This document shows, in pieces, positions 27,001-32,092 of a stretch of DNA of 64,000 nt. The DNA comes from an uncultured virus (IMG/VR IMGVR_UViG_3300045738_001977). Taxonomy: Duplodnaviria; Heunggongvirae; Uroviricota; Caudoviricetes. The stretch's first letter is position 1; each line of letters starts with the position of its first letter. The stretch is from IMG/VR virus record IMGVR_UViG_3300045738_001977; one strand, written 5' to 3'. The notes under the pieces are model-generated. The model was given only the letters and a program-made list of their open reading frames with translations. It was not told the DNA's origin and did no database searches. The position numbers and the translations under genes are program-made.

Positions 27001-29213
27001 TTGGGGGCGATCATGCTTATGGTGTTTGGATTGGCCCCGCGGTGGCGCCGACAACAACAACCGCTGCACCGACAACAACTACCGCTGCACCGACAACAAC
27101 TACCGCTGCGCCGACTACAACAACCGTTGCGCCGACGACAACAACCGTTGCGCCGACGACAACTACCGCTGCGCCAACCACAACGACAACAACCGTTGCG
27201 CCGACCACAACAACCGTTGCGCCGACTACAACTACCGCTGCGCCGACTACAACAACCGTTGCGCCGACGACAACAACCGCTGCGCCGACGACAACAACCG
27301 TTGCGCCGACGACAACAACCGCCGCACCGACAACAACTACTGCCGCGCCAACTACGACAACTACTGCTGCGCCGACGACAACAACTACCGCTGCGCCGAC
27401 AAGATTTGTAGATGGTGTTATTCCCGATTGGATGCAGCCACCATTTTATGAGGGCGCCACAAACAGTATAACGCAAGGAGATCTTTCAAACAGTACAGAT
27501 GTTGCCGGTCCAAACATGCCGGCAGGAAATATGGCGTGGTGTTCTCCAACCGCGGCCGCTTGTCAACTGGGGCACCTAAACAATCATTGGGGCTTAATTG
27601 AGCCGAGTAAAGCAACCGGGCATTCCAGTGGAATAAGTGATCTTCTTGACGCGGGAGCGTTAGACGCTGTTCAACACGGAGTGGCTGGGTTAGGAACAAA
27701 ACCTTGGGGCGACAGTGGGTGGGGAGATTATTTAATTGATAAACCATTTGACAAGGGTGGCGGAAGATATAACGGCCCCACCGCCCCCACCATGCTTGGT
27801 ACGGATCAGTACAGCTATGACCCACTTTTCACAGCTGGTTTGTGTCAATTAACTGATTTTGGTTGGTTTATGAATACCAACAATTCCTCTGAGTCGGTAG
27901 CCTTCGCTGGCTCAAACAGAACAGGGCGAGGTATAATTGATCTCTGTGGAGTTTCTACACTCGGGACCTTTGGGTCAACCATAGACAATATCTACAACGG
28001 ATTAAAAGACTTTTACAGAATAGCGGGCTATACAGATCTTGCTGACGATCTCACACAAAAAATGGTTGGCATAGTTTACCATAGAACAGACGGGACAAAC
28101 TGGAAACCGGCAAAGGGAAGACTGCCAGCGTGGTGGGGTGACAATGGTATGGATTATTCGCAGCCGATAGGAATAATAAACATGTCTGGAGCGACATCAA
28201 CTTGGGACATGATAAAGCAAGAAATAGACGAAAACAGAACCGTCATAGCTTGCATGCAGGGGTGGGATCTCACCGCTGTAACTTATACGTTGCCAGCCGG
28301 ATTTCCAAATACAACAAATACAACAGAAAAAGCAACCAGTGGAATGGCAACTCCAAATGGTACGGATTTCTATAGTATTGGAGCCACAAACCCGGCGGGA
28401 GAAGGCTTTGACGGCACACCGTATACGGCAGACGATTCAAGCCAAGTAGACGCGGAACATTGGTCTGGGAACGCCATGGGTCATACCGTTTTAATCGTGG
28501 GATATATTCCTCGGGGAGGCACTGACGACGTTTCTCCCTTGAGTGATACTGATTGGCTCATAGTTAGAGACAATCATCAAAGCACACAAAGAAATGTTGT
28601 TATTCCTTACGACAGTATCACTAAAGCTTCTTGGGGCGGAACCACAGTAAGATGGGCGCCAGATATATTGATGGCTACGATATATGTCAATCCAATTTTT
28701 AATGGCGTACCAATTATGCCAACGCAAAACTGTACGGTAACGACAACTACTGCTGCGCCGACAACTACTGCTGCGCCGACAACTACTGCTGCGCCGACAA
28801 CTACCGCTGCGCCGACAACTACCGCTGCGCCGACTACAACGACAACTACCGCTGCGCCGACTACAACGACAACTACCGCTGCGCCGACTACAACGACAAC
28901 TACCGCTGCGCCGACTACAACGACAACTACCGCTGGGGGATCTTACTTCCGAGTGGAAGACTGTACTTCCTCGAGCGTGTATATCATTGAAGATTCCTCG
29001 ATGATGTATACTCTAAACGTAGATGATGTTGTATATTGGGCGGACTACAGCTATACCACTAGCTATTGCGGTAAGATTACTGCCATTGGCGTTGGTGGTA
29101 CGAACGTGGGAGATATTCATGGCGTGGAAGACATGAATATGGATCCGTATACCTGCGCTACCTGTAATTCGGATAATGGACTTCGTTACGAAGAAAATAC
29201 TAACAAGAACTAA
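12090..29213 (+). CDS. Giant (5,707 aa) modular fibre/adhesin: cupredoxin-like, collagen, F5/8C x2, LamG x4, 7-repeat beta-propeller x2, M43 metalloprotease, papain-like peptidase x2, Gly-rich x2, Cys-rich modules
   Basis: Uninterrupted ORF. Motifs: G-X-Q triplets; 'S..FDG..DY...FT.EFW...W.H.A.V.....LY..G...EE.R...GVARY' (LamG); HEVGHYLGLWH plus ENYMDY (M43); WC.PTAAACQLG / GHT.LIVGY / WLIVRDN (papain-like); 'EYL...GGG.GG...GGSGVVII.Y' (Gly-rich). Modules are separated by TTTAAP linkers. Confidence 0.88.
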   Translation: MAIIITNPNTGGTIYESGSEAGGQAGPRGYQGYQGYQGVGGGGTGGVPLEIVFIVTVQPDGMGNDAFYIDGTRNANLILSTNRKYKFDLSDVSNFGHVFQLSTTEGGIWNGGNTYTGGQDEVEKAGAEGTAGAYLSWDVPNIVNNVMYYFCTMHSVMGGELKMAGAQGHQGDQGHQGHQGYQGHQGYQGYQGIDGAFAAIGNQGYQGYQGNQGNQGYQGNQGDTGADSVVAGPQGNQGNQGHQGNQGYQGNQGDTGADSVVAGPQGNQGNQGDTGADSVVAGPQGNQGNQGYQGNQGDTGADSVVAGPQGNQGNQGYQGNQGDTGADSVVAGPQGNQGNQGYQGYQGNQGDTGADSVVAGPQGNQGNQGYQGNQGDTGADSVVAGPQGNQGNQGYQGYQGNQGHQGYQGHQGDTGADSIVAGPQGNQGNQGNQGYQGHQGNQGHQGSQPNPSTLGYVLVTDQTNASSTEVSVSHGTDGYKAFLENNVSVFWETTFSSPATITYDFGSGVTKKVTMLGFNIYDGYEFRMPYDFYLEGSNDGSNWTHLSSWVNTPYDSMISSGSTFYSFPFANNTAYQYYKIVVSAIHPSETNIRIGWMGYYEGRATGDQGYQGYQGEPGGFAAQGYQGYQGDTGADSTVAGPQGNQGNQGHQGHQGYQGHQGNQGNQGHQGDVGADSTVAGPQGNQGNQGHQGDVGTDSTVAGPQGNQGNQGYQGHQGYQGYQGDIGADSTVAGPQGPQGAGGSGGDGTGGTGCANCFDFVWCQNIGDTDCVTCQPLSGDPNWDNVTALIQSKDTDNGVIFTDSSISQHAVTPGGDVHHGIHKAKFGNSSIHFDGAGDYLSVGDSAGLDVAAGDFTLEFWVYPIGLAAGGLITKRAISTDFSPIHLLSTSAGKLNLYLTDISNAFVAVSSSDGALSVGVWHHIGIVRYGDVVSLYVNGVSVASGSLSAGVALLNNSDAFILGADSGTGSGSSNIHLEEFRLTKGVARYQANFTSPIASFCAYGEAVTTTVAPSSGNFIYLATGWDGLRTYSVDGSGNLTHIDSDAASSIGSSTIARGVWGDGNFIYLASDAGGLHTYSVDGSGNLTHIDSDSSQLGEAWDVWGDGSLIYLANYGGGLHTYSVDGSGNLTHIDSDDQGDYAMGVWGDGNFIYLANYTGGLHSYSVDGSGNLTHIDSDDQGDYAFGVWGDGNFIYLANERGGLHTYSVDGSGSLTHIDSDDQGGFASGVWGDGNFTYLANTDGGLHSYSVDGSGNLTHIDFDATSGINYARDVWGDGNFICSASDSGGLSTYSVDGSGNLTHIDSSPWGVPQGGFGGGNYGVWAGPISVTPTTTTPAPTTTPSPALQDCSQAPYCSEIIVNYIYDWAANVPVDLTETFTLQTGTHNGMPVWMGLDPANTSNTRYIYFGTGALAGWTAGWYYAASLGGGSYLSISPGTGNAHPINPSGYTGCPANSSGYDWSNPHSHIMTWGACPATTTAAPTTTTTTATGSYFQVEDCTSSGVYYIIEDSMSYMPTQLDVVRWTHTNGTEYCGTITADFVGGTSVGDIQGVDDNANMIPYSCATCATDIGGGAPTTTTTPASAACWPSGGDTNWSDVKLLIQSDTLTETDAIVDSSEGPWQPGFDQQNSCIYVQQWLGGGCGDPHHETDRKKFGDSSIYFDGVDDYLLTDYNATFGFVYGATESWTMEFWLNWSDGMNTLSYGPQYLLSMDSRLYTGTNPWTAGGWPWYVDDYVFSLSYAPDTSGGKWFLDTGRVASRGQGQSSSNPPGGNANQWYHIAIVADGTNVNLYVDGQSVINFSQVAVGGVGIHAPLAIGAYLDWSMSVYDPSYFPGVYQPSVHGPLSFFKGYIDEFRVTGGVARYTADFSSNLPNAPFCVSSSEATTTAAPTTTTGDPAGPQYDQICVSGCQEDTPGDVNQFSCDLSDGTYTKQSTTPSYLAGYDPNNSSLINGKAWWADSTNTAQNAHFSKIAWNASASQWEITYSYFGGGGSPLWHHTSDTTNPTFASWDNDMNFSMGYTGTLSSVACGGPRLVDPYAQPPKKTIMPWNDPHGSYDHECGVNVCGATNHIKHCIHSDPEFLDKYIKQEEKARERILSKSNLSTAGGELYKINVWFNIVGDTQGIVTDAILNEQIATLNEDFRKQNSDLTSRWTDRQGDMWIEFVWNSADKSTSTGVYNGSPVNSWPYYDSSDTASDYYDANSPWGHCDCYPLKSSQHGGLDVHGPETFLPQSYLNIWVANLSDGLLGWAQFPGPTYAGWWSALDGIVIDTLSLPTIGSSPYNLGRTAVHEVGHYLGLWHIWGDGDCSIDDIVSDTPIAAEPNFGCPDITRDSCPNHADPDMWENYMDYSYDACMNMFTKGQRTRMIDTLENTRTGIYTKENCPTCFDSATTTTSAGATTTANPSTTTTPQPPTLSVTGAAACVKVDDIYCLSFINTACDKRVVGEVKITEVLIGATDTTSWITVEPLCDALLLDSLETGDNINLCKGPCSAAAGELFVATIDPTCSVNGDTWIKINSGGNITNFYKKENGVWAGQDLNDPCLLGVTTTAAPSLDCSQPPYCQEIIMSEASSNWPPAPFYLEPNTLNGMPVWRRFGGAANPSVDKWIYFCPSNCTGTSDTGWIYAYTSGGAPEVEVNAGVGETHPINPSGYSACPASSSGHPWLTFPGGSGDVAIMTWGACVTTTVAPTTTTVAPSANCYPSGGDPNWADVKLLIQSDTTAVPGSFDDSSSNHTIEISGNLQHTTTEKKFESSSMHFDGANSGSPLLRVYDTPPNQWVTSTAANSTDWDFAADDFTIEFWFKAKPETEPYDTILCMGQASALGINGGGCALSEVCGNSILIQAGGAGVGSAGRLNIKMSTNMTSWFLDENGGTVSDGQGGYLTLPSYPTRDLTAYWGTDMGAFSTGWTHFAVTRTGGAFTTFADGVIQSTWTPTHDVMDPVTNIWTSHTLAFQPMSVSSFVLGGWEFGWGDGPVHPQIGLPSPYIYDGYLKGYLEEFKITKGVSRYASDFSNNLPTGPFCDFAAATTTTAAPTTTTATPTTTTAAPTTTTTTTPSPLPYGLYVDGVGGVETMDGDFKIHTFTSSGTFQVTDAGDSSGSDSVEYLVIAGGGAGGAGACTSNAWRSGAGGGAGGYLTASGFTVAVQSYSISVGAGGVGGQTSEYTQGGDGSGSVFWSVSSTGGGGGAATQNGDGRDGGSGGGSACDGSYGGSCPAGAGISGQGNSGGLGGAVGTTSNYGGGGGGAGEVGNTDGQTFGGDGLSSSITGTSVQRGGGGGGGSGSNVSGNAGAGGGGEGSKLSPTAGTANTGGGGGGAGGSQYGYSNGGCAAANGGSGVVIIRYLRPTGYPTTTTAAPTTTTAAPTTTTTAAPTTTTTTAVPCWPSGGDPDWNSVKFLIVNDGSLVSDSRGLFTFTVVRSPNISGPGYCSIEASSQSRFDNSSISMHGGSNVCEIVATGAGTGGDDTTMGGAAAHTFECWFRTNSTAVQSLVTRCSNQQWGGLQIDPASNEIFWGGNVLGTDLIATGVTINTGTWYHIAAVVDGNGNAAIYFDGNNVASTSSWSHWNTSSGNPVGSPPNYPTPSNNITIGALWSGYSGSPGNTFDGNMEEVRFSGVARYSSNFSNNLPTGPFCDYFGTTTTAGPTTTAAPTTTTTAAPTTTVAPTTTTAAPTTTTVAPTTTTPAPGMSITQPSAASYENAAAVPDLTVDITGTAHSHWHWSMEPIATACPASGYSYVSPTSAVAVAQHSNGTGNAAAAIDGNSSTGWFQNSVYYPPGYVNLTDTITFDLGEEKCINEINWAFNGVLNNWNNDSVRISTDNTNWTTIPNSSFAVTHPGFTFSITPTKARYIEIQVRQTCTGEWSACTRAECSEFTVSCATAPNSGTMVTSGLTDANWVTTANLQPGTHTVYTALVDGNHDLLSPSVTDSHQFIIGPMRLVDGNVPNWIQPYHHENLGNITNSYITNNNPKFNAWCVPTAAACQLGHLNSYHGLTLPSKAGGHSHGIDDLKDAGQLPTNDLGNIIGTKVWDSEHGWGDSLIDGPSPRPSMYVMHTWYDYTNVFPLPVGTGCITTDFGWYMNTNNSSEDQNVSGTRVGNGIINLSGAGTTVDNAYLGLKDFYRMAGYHNMVGIIYHRMSDGTVGSIPVGIPTQPQGIYPRHWFDQNLHLNTVNVSGTDYIITGIDKQMTWETIKRELDESRTVIACTQGWNLGVWNNGAPTAPSTTAYHANFPNTTNVYEKGQPPGLTPDGSDYYHLGVEANAHPNPNHVQPQTTGDSTDPPHWGGTALGHTILIVGYIPAGAADDISLNGDTDWLIVRDNDETTARNVIIPYTSLDKNATNTTNVDTTRFLEDMILATIYTDWTHPTTVINLVNCTPATTTTTAAPTTTTSAPSSVPTSIEYLIVGGGGGGGAGSTGYGQGGGGAGGVSEDTFTGTITDLEWAVTVGDGGADSTGQGYDGANSEIINGSTRFGGDYAGGGGGGSVFSAGSGGNANDGGSGGGGGSVASGEGTGGSATGHGTGFDGENIGPGSNFGGGGGGAGEAGGSDNPQTGGDGISSTIEDGSTSVFYAGGGGGGGTTPGLGVPGDGGGGAGGVSDAGGSVGGVDGTANTGGGGGGGGTNSDMTSGGSGVVIISYDDTFIAPDTITGTYTDISYAGKRVYKFTGNGTFGWNTPTTTTAAPTTTPAPSSGNFIYSANNVSGLNTYSVDGSGNLTAIDSDPGNGFGVWGDGTFIYFAASAAGLRTYSVDGSGNLTHIDSDDQGDNAYGVWGDGTFIYLANGAGGLHTYSVDGSGNLTHIDSDDQGDTWGSVKVWGDGNFIYLAEYYGGLHSYSVDGSGNLTHIDVDIQGTRAQGIWGDGTFIYLASTYGGLHSYSVDGSGILTHIDSDDQGDAAYGVWGDGNFIYLANAAGGLLSYSVDGSGNLTHIDTNDPDGYSGTGAGDSAMEVWGDGTYIYLANATGGTQSYSVDGSGNLTHIDSVPVVGGDHAYGVWIGPAVAPTTTTAAPTTTTAAPTTTTAAPTTTTVAPTTTTVAPTTTTAAPTTTTTTVAPTTTTVAPTTTTAAPTTTTVAPTTTTAAPTTTTVAPTTTTAAPTTTTAAPTTTTTAAPTTTTTAAPTRFVDGVIPDWMQPPFYEGATNSITQGDLSNSTDVAGPNMPAGNMAWCSPTAAACQLGHLNNHWGLIEPSKATGHSSGISDLLDAGALDAVQHGVAGLGTKPWGDSGWGDYLIDKPFDKGGGRYNGPTAPTMLGTDQYSYDPLFTAGLCQLTDFGWFMNTNNSSESVAFAGSNRTGRGIIDLCGVSTLGTFGSTIDNIYNGLKDFYRIAGYTDLADDLTQKMVGIVYHRTDGTNWKPAKGRLPAWWGDNGMDYSQPIGIINMSGATSTWDMIKQEIDENRTVIACMQGWDLTAVTYTLPAGFPNTTNTTEKATSGMATPNGTDFYSIGATNPAGEGFDGTPYTADDSSQVDAEHWSGNAMGHTVLIVGYIPRGGTDDVSPLSDTDWLIVRDNHQSTQRNVVIPYDSITKASWGGTTVRWAPDILMATIYVNPIFNGVPIMPTQNCTVTTTTAAPTTTAAPTTTAAPTTTAAPTTTAAPTTTTTTAAPTTTTTTAAPTTTTTTAAPTTTTTTAGGSYFRVEDCTSSSVYIIEDSSMMYTLNVDDVVYWADYSYTTSYCGKITAIGVGGTNVGDIHGVEDMNMDPYTCATCNSDNGLRYEENTNKN
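12582..13433 (+). repeat. Collagen-like coding repeat, block 1
   Basis: G[NYH]Q triplets with eight GDTGADS[VI]VAGPQ units; near-identical DNA units. Confidence 0.95.
13905..14309 (+). repeat. Collagen-like coding repeat, block 2
   Basis: G[NYH]Q triplets with four GD.G.DSTVAGPQ units. Confidence 0.95.
15129..16053 (+). repeat. Seven ~40-aa LVIVD-like repeats (predicted 7-bladed propeller 1)
   Basis: Unit VWGDGNFIYLA...GGLH.YSVDGSGNLTHIDSD, about 120 nt, repeated seven times. Confidence 0.85.
26124..27036 (+). repeat. Seven ~40-aa LVIVD-like repeats (predicted 7-bladed propeller 2)
   Basis: Same unit as 15129-16053; both blocks begin with identical DNA gctccaagctctggtaattttatttact. Confidence 0.85.
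27045..27400 (+). repeat. Thr-rich mucin-like linker tandem repeat (APTTTT[AV])n
   Basis: Longest of many such linkers, with ~21-nt units; similar tracts at about 2770-2928, 21150-21230, 22110-22200, 22970-23110 and 28740-28935. Confidence 0.95.
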
Positions 29214-29231
29214 ATAACAAATAGAAAAACA

Positions 29232-29657
29232 ATGGCACATTTTGCACAAATTAATGAAGAGGGAATCGTCCAGCGCGTAATCGTTGTGTCTGATTCTGAT
29301 ACGGCTGATTCGAATGGCAACGAGGTGGAATCAATCGGCGTAGAGTTTTGTAAAGAACTTCTGGGCGGGGATTGGATTCAAACCAGCTACAACAATAACA
29401 TGAGGGTGAGGTTCGCAGGCATCGGTTGTTTTTATGATATTGCACGAGACGCCTTTATCCGAATAAAACCATATCCGAGTTGGGAGCTAGATGAATCAAG
29501 CACGGATTGGGTTCCGCCAGTACCAATGCCCACGGGGGGCAATGGAGAATTTTACGATTGGGACGAGGAATCGCTTAGCTGGGTAGTGCAGGAAGATGCG
29601 CCACCCCCGCGTGACGAAGAAAATACTGACAACTCCACAACGTTCGGATATAATTAA
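29232..29657 (+). CDS. Conserved phage protein, probable fibre-associated/assembly chaperone
   Basis: 'MAHFA......V..VIVV...W.QTSYN...R..FAGIG..YD...DAFI...PYPSW.L.E....W.PPVP.P....Y.WDE....W' family, commonly found next to Gly-rich fibre genes. Confidence 0.6.
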   Translation: MAHFAQINEEGIVQRVIVVSDSDTADSNGNEVESIGVEFCKELLGGDWIQTSYNNNMRVRFAGIGCFYDIARDAFIRIKPYPSWELDESSTDWVPPVPMPTGGNGEFYDWDEESLSWVVQEDAPPPRDEENTDNSTTFGYN

Positions 29658-29659
29658 TT

Positions 29660-30517
29660 ATGGATAAACCATTTCTAACAATTGGAATGCCTACGTATGA
29701 CGACTTTCATGGGGTCTATTTCTCTGTTCAGGCGCTAAGGATATATCATCCGGAAATTATGGATAAAACAGAAATCATAATTATTGATAATAATCCAAAT
29801 TCTGCGCACGGTAAAGAAACAAAACATTTTTCAAATTCAGCCCCAAACATAAAATACGTACCTTACGAAGAAAGCGTGGGCCCGGCGAATGCAAAAAATC
29901 GAGTTTTTGAAGAAGCGCAGGGTTCATATGTGCTTTGCATGGATGGACATATACTTTTTGAGCCGAAAGCCTTAAGTAAACTAATTGACATGTATAAGCA
30001 AATTCCTGATACAAGTGACCTTTATCAAGCGCCGCTCATATATGATGACTTGCATAATGTTTCCACACATTTTGACCCCGTGTGGAGAGGGCAAATGTAC
30101 GGGATTTGGGCAACTGACGAAAGAGGGCGCGATAAAAATGCGGAACCCTTTGAGATAGAGATGACAGGGTGTGGCGTTCTATCATGTCGAAAAGAAGCTT
30201 GGCTTGGATTTAACAAGCATTTTAAGGGATTCGGTGGAGAAGAAGGATACATTCAGGAAAAATTTAGGCAAGCGGGGAACAAAACCGTATGCTTACCATT
30301 CTTAAGGTGGGTTCATAGATTCGGTAGGCCAGACGGAGTAAAGTATCCATTAACCATGGAAAACAAATTAAGGAACTTTTTTATAGGTCATTTTGAACTT
30401 GGTTTAGATATTGCCCCAATTATAGATCATTTTAAAGAGTGGAAAACCGAAGAACAATTAGCGCATATGGCCGCCAGTGCGAAAAAAGAAATGATGGATT
30501 TGGGGTATATTAAATAA
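29660..30517 (+). CDS. Glycosyltransferase family 2 (GT-A fold)
   Basis: LTIGMPTY, EIIIIDN, GPANAKN, VLCMDGH (DxH variant of DxD), GF...F.GFGGEE. Confidence 0.85.
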   Translation: MDKPFLTIGMPTYDDFHGVYFSVQALRIYHPEIMDKTEIIIIDNNPNSAHGKETKHFSNSAPNIKYVPYEESVGPANAKNRVFEEAQGSYVLCMDGHILFEPKALSKLIDMYKQIPDTSDLYQAPLIYDDLHNVSTHFDPVWRGQMYGIWATDERGRDKNAEPFEIEMTGCGVLSCRKEAWLGFNKHFKGFGGEEGYIQEKFRQAGNKTVCLPFLRWVHRFGRPDGVKYPLTMENKLRNFFIGHFELGLDIAPIIDHFKEWKTEEQLAHMAASAKKEMMDLGYIK

Positions 30518-30543
30518 TAATGTAATATTTATTTTGTAGAACC

Positions 30544-30552
30544 GTGTAATTA
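30544..30552 (+). promoter_or_regulatory. GTGTAATTA motif
   Basis: Intergenic, 16 nt before the ATG at 30560. Confidence 0.55.
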
Positions 30553-30559
30553 TAAGAAT

Positions 30560-31057
30560 ATGAAAGTCGTTGATATCGCTGACCAAATTTATAGAGAGCT
30601 TGATTCGCCTACCGATTTGAGTATCCCTGCTGTTGCTTTTTGGATTCGCTCAAATGTGGGAGCCTTAAATAACTATATTAATACAAAATTCTTAGTTAAC
30701 GCGGTCTTAGAGATAGTAAATTCGGATGACCTTGTTAAAGAGGTAGGTCTAGAAGAAGTTGCTATTTTAAAAAAAATGTATTTTCTTCACGATTATGAAA
30801 AGAAACTTAGAAGCGTTCTGGGCGCGGCATCTATGGATGCAGTAATTCAAATATCTGATTTGGGCACATCCATAAGAAAAGTAAACAAAAATGAAGTGGG
30901 AAAAACTTTCGCGCAGGTAAAAAAACAAGAGCAAGAACAACTAGACAAAATGATTGCCGCTTACAAAATCTCAGCTAGCTCACCTCGTCAAGTCGCTGGT
31001 GACGATACGGAAGAGGGTAACTATTCAAGCGAATCTGGTCAAAGAACGGGGTATTAA
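30560..31057 (+). CDS. Probable head-tail adaptor (neck) protein
   Basis: Helical 165-aa protein, first of four small genes before the major tail gene; assignment is positional. Confidence 0.5.
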   Translation: MKVVDIADQIYRELDSPTDLSIPAVAFWIRSNVGALNNYINTKFLVNAVLEIVNSDDLVKEVGLEEVAILKKMYFLHDYEKKLRSVLGAASMDAVIQISDLGTSIRKVNKNEVGKTFAQVKKQEQEQLDKMIAAYKISASSPRQVAGDDTEEGNYSSESGQRTGY

Positions 31058-31058
31058 T

Positions 31059-31502
31059 ATGGATCTTTTAAGTGAAGATGAAAGACAACAAATAAAGTCA
31101 TCATACGAAGATTTTTTCGAAACGTTTCGTAAGGAGATTGTTGTGCATAAAACTTCTGAGATCGTTGTCTCTGACATAAATTTAAGTCAAGTATTTGGCT
31201 ATGAAGAAGGGGCTAATGTCGAAAATTATTCGTACGAACATCAATCTAAAATTTTTTATGCTCTTATAGTATTTCCCACTAGGGGGGATCAAACGTTGGT
31301 GGTTATGACGGAAATGGCCGCAATGATACCAGAGGGGGAAATCAGAATAAAAGTAAAAGAAGACTGTAAAGACTATATCCAAGCAGGAAAAACTGAAAAA
31401 ATAGAAGTAAAAAACAAAAACTACACGCTAATAAGTACAGAGGCAGAAGTAAATAATATTGTAACTGGTTATTATATCTTTAAACTAAAGGAGATAAAGT
31501 AA
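31059..31502 (+). CDS. Probable head-closure (stopper) protein
   Basis: ATG 1 nt after the upstream stop is preferred over the 30954 start; beta-rich C-terminus; assignment is positional. Confidence 0.5.
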   Translation: MDLLSEDERQQIKSSYEDFFETFRKEIVVHKTSEIVVSDINLSQVFGYEEGANVENYSYEHQSKIFYALIVFPTRGDQTLVVMTEMAAMIPEGEIRIKVKEDCKDYIQAGKTEKIEVKNKNYTLISTEAEVNNIVTGYYIFKLKEIK

Positions 31503-32092
31503 TGAGAATCAGGATGGTCGGCGGAACAATTAATTCCAAAGAAATAGACAGAAGGGTTGCTAAATCCAAGGCATTCCAAAAGGAGGCTCATAAGATGGCT
31601 AACAAAAAGCTTGCTAAAGCTAAGCATAAAATGATTCAGGAATTCAATTCCCACCCAGTTACGCAAGAGTTAGAAGGTGGAAAAGATGCTACCAACATTT
31701 CCAAAACATTGAGTGGATATGGGAATTTATTTTCTTTTATGGGGTTTGGCTCTGGAGCTAAGCCTACGGGGGCCGTAAGACAATTCCTGCAATCTTCTAT
31801 TGATTTAAAACTTAAGGGAAAAGCCACTTCATTAGTAAAAGAATTTTCGGTTAATGTCCCAACACTTGAAGATTTTAATTTCGCCTTGATGCCTTGGGAG
31901 TCGGGGAATAGTTGGGTGAAATCAGTAGAAAAAGGTATGTCTAGTTTTAGTTACTACATGCACAAGGCGCATGAAGCCTCAAGATCAGGGGCAGGTATAC
32001 AAATAGACAACAGGCTTCGAAACAGTTCTTCTGTCCCGGTGAGGTATATATCTTTAATTTTAGATAACTTTAGAAAAAGGCTAACGAAATGA
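31502..32092 (+). CDS. Probable neck/tail-completion protein (basic)
   Basis: Overlapping TAATG start; Lys/Arg-rich; positional analogy to HK97 gp10-like genes. Confidence 0.45.
   Translation: MRIRMVGGTINSKEIDRRVAKSKAFQKEAHKMANKKLAKAKHKMIQEFNSHPVTQELEGGKDATNISKTLSGYGNLFSFMGFGSGAKPTGAVRQFLQSSIDLKLKGKATSLVKEFSVNVPTLEDFNFALMPWESGNSWVKSVEKGMSSFSYYMHKAHEASRSGAGIQIDNRLRNSSSVPVRYISLILDNFRKRLTK

Noticed and set aside
3418..29150. Shared 28-nt C-terminal sequence as a DGR template/variable repeat pair
   Set aside because: Both copies are coding, flanking mismatches are not adenine-specific, and no reverse transcriptase is present in the window.
30954..31058. Longer N-terminus for the 31059-31502 gene
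   Set aside because: It would overlap the upstream gene by over 100 nt; an ATG lies 1 nt after the upstream stop.
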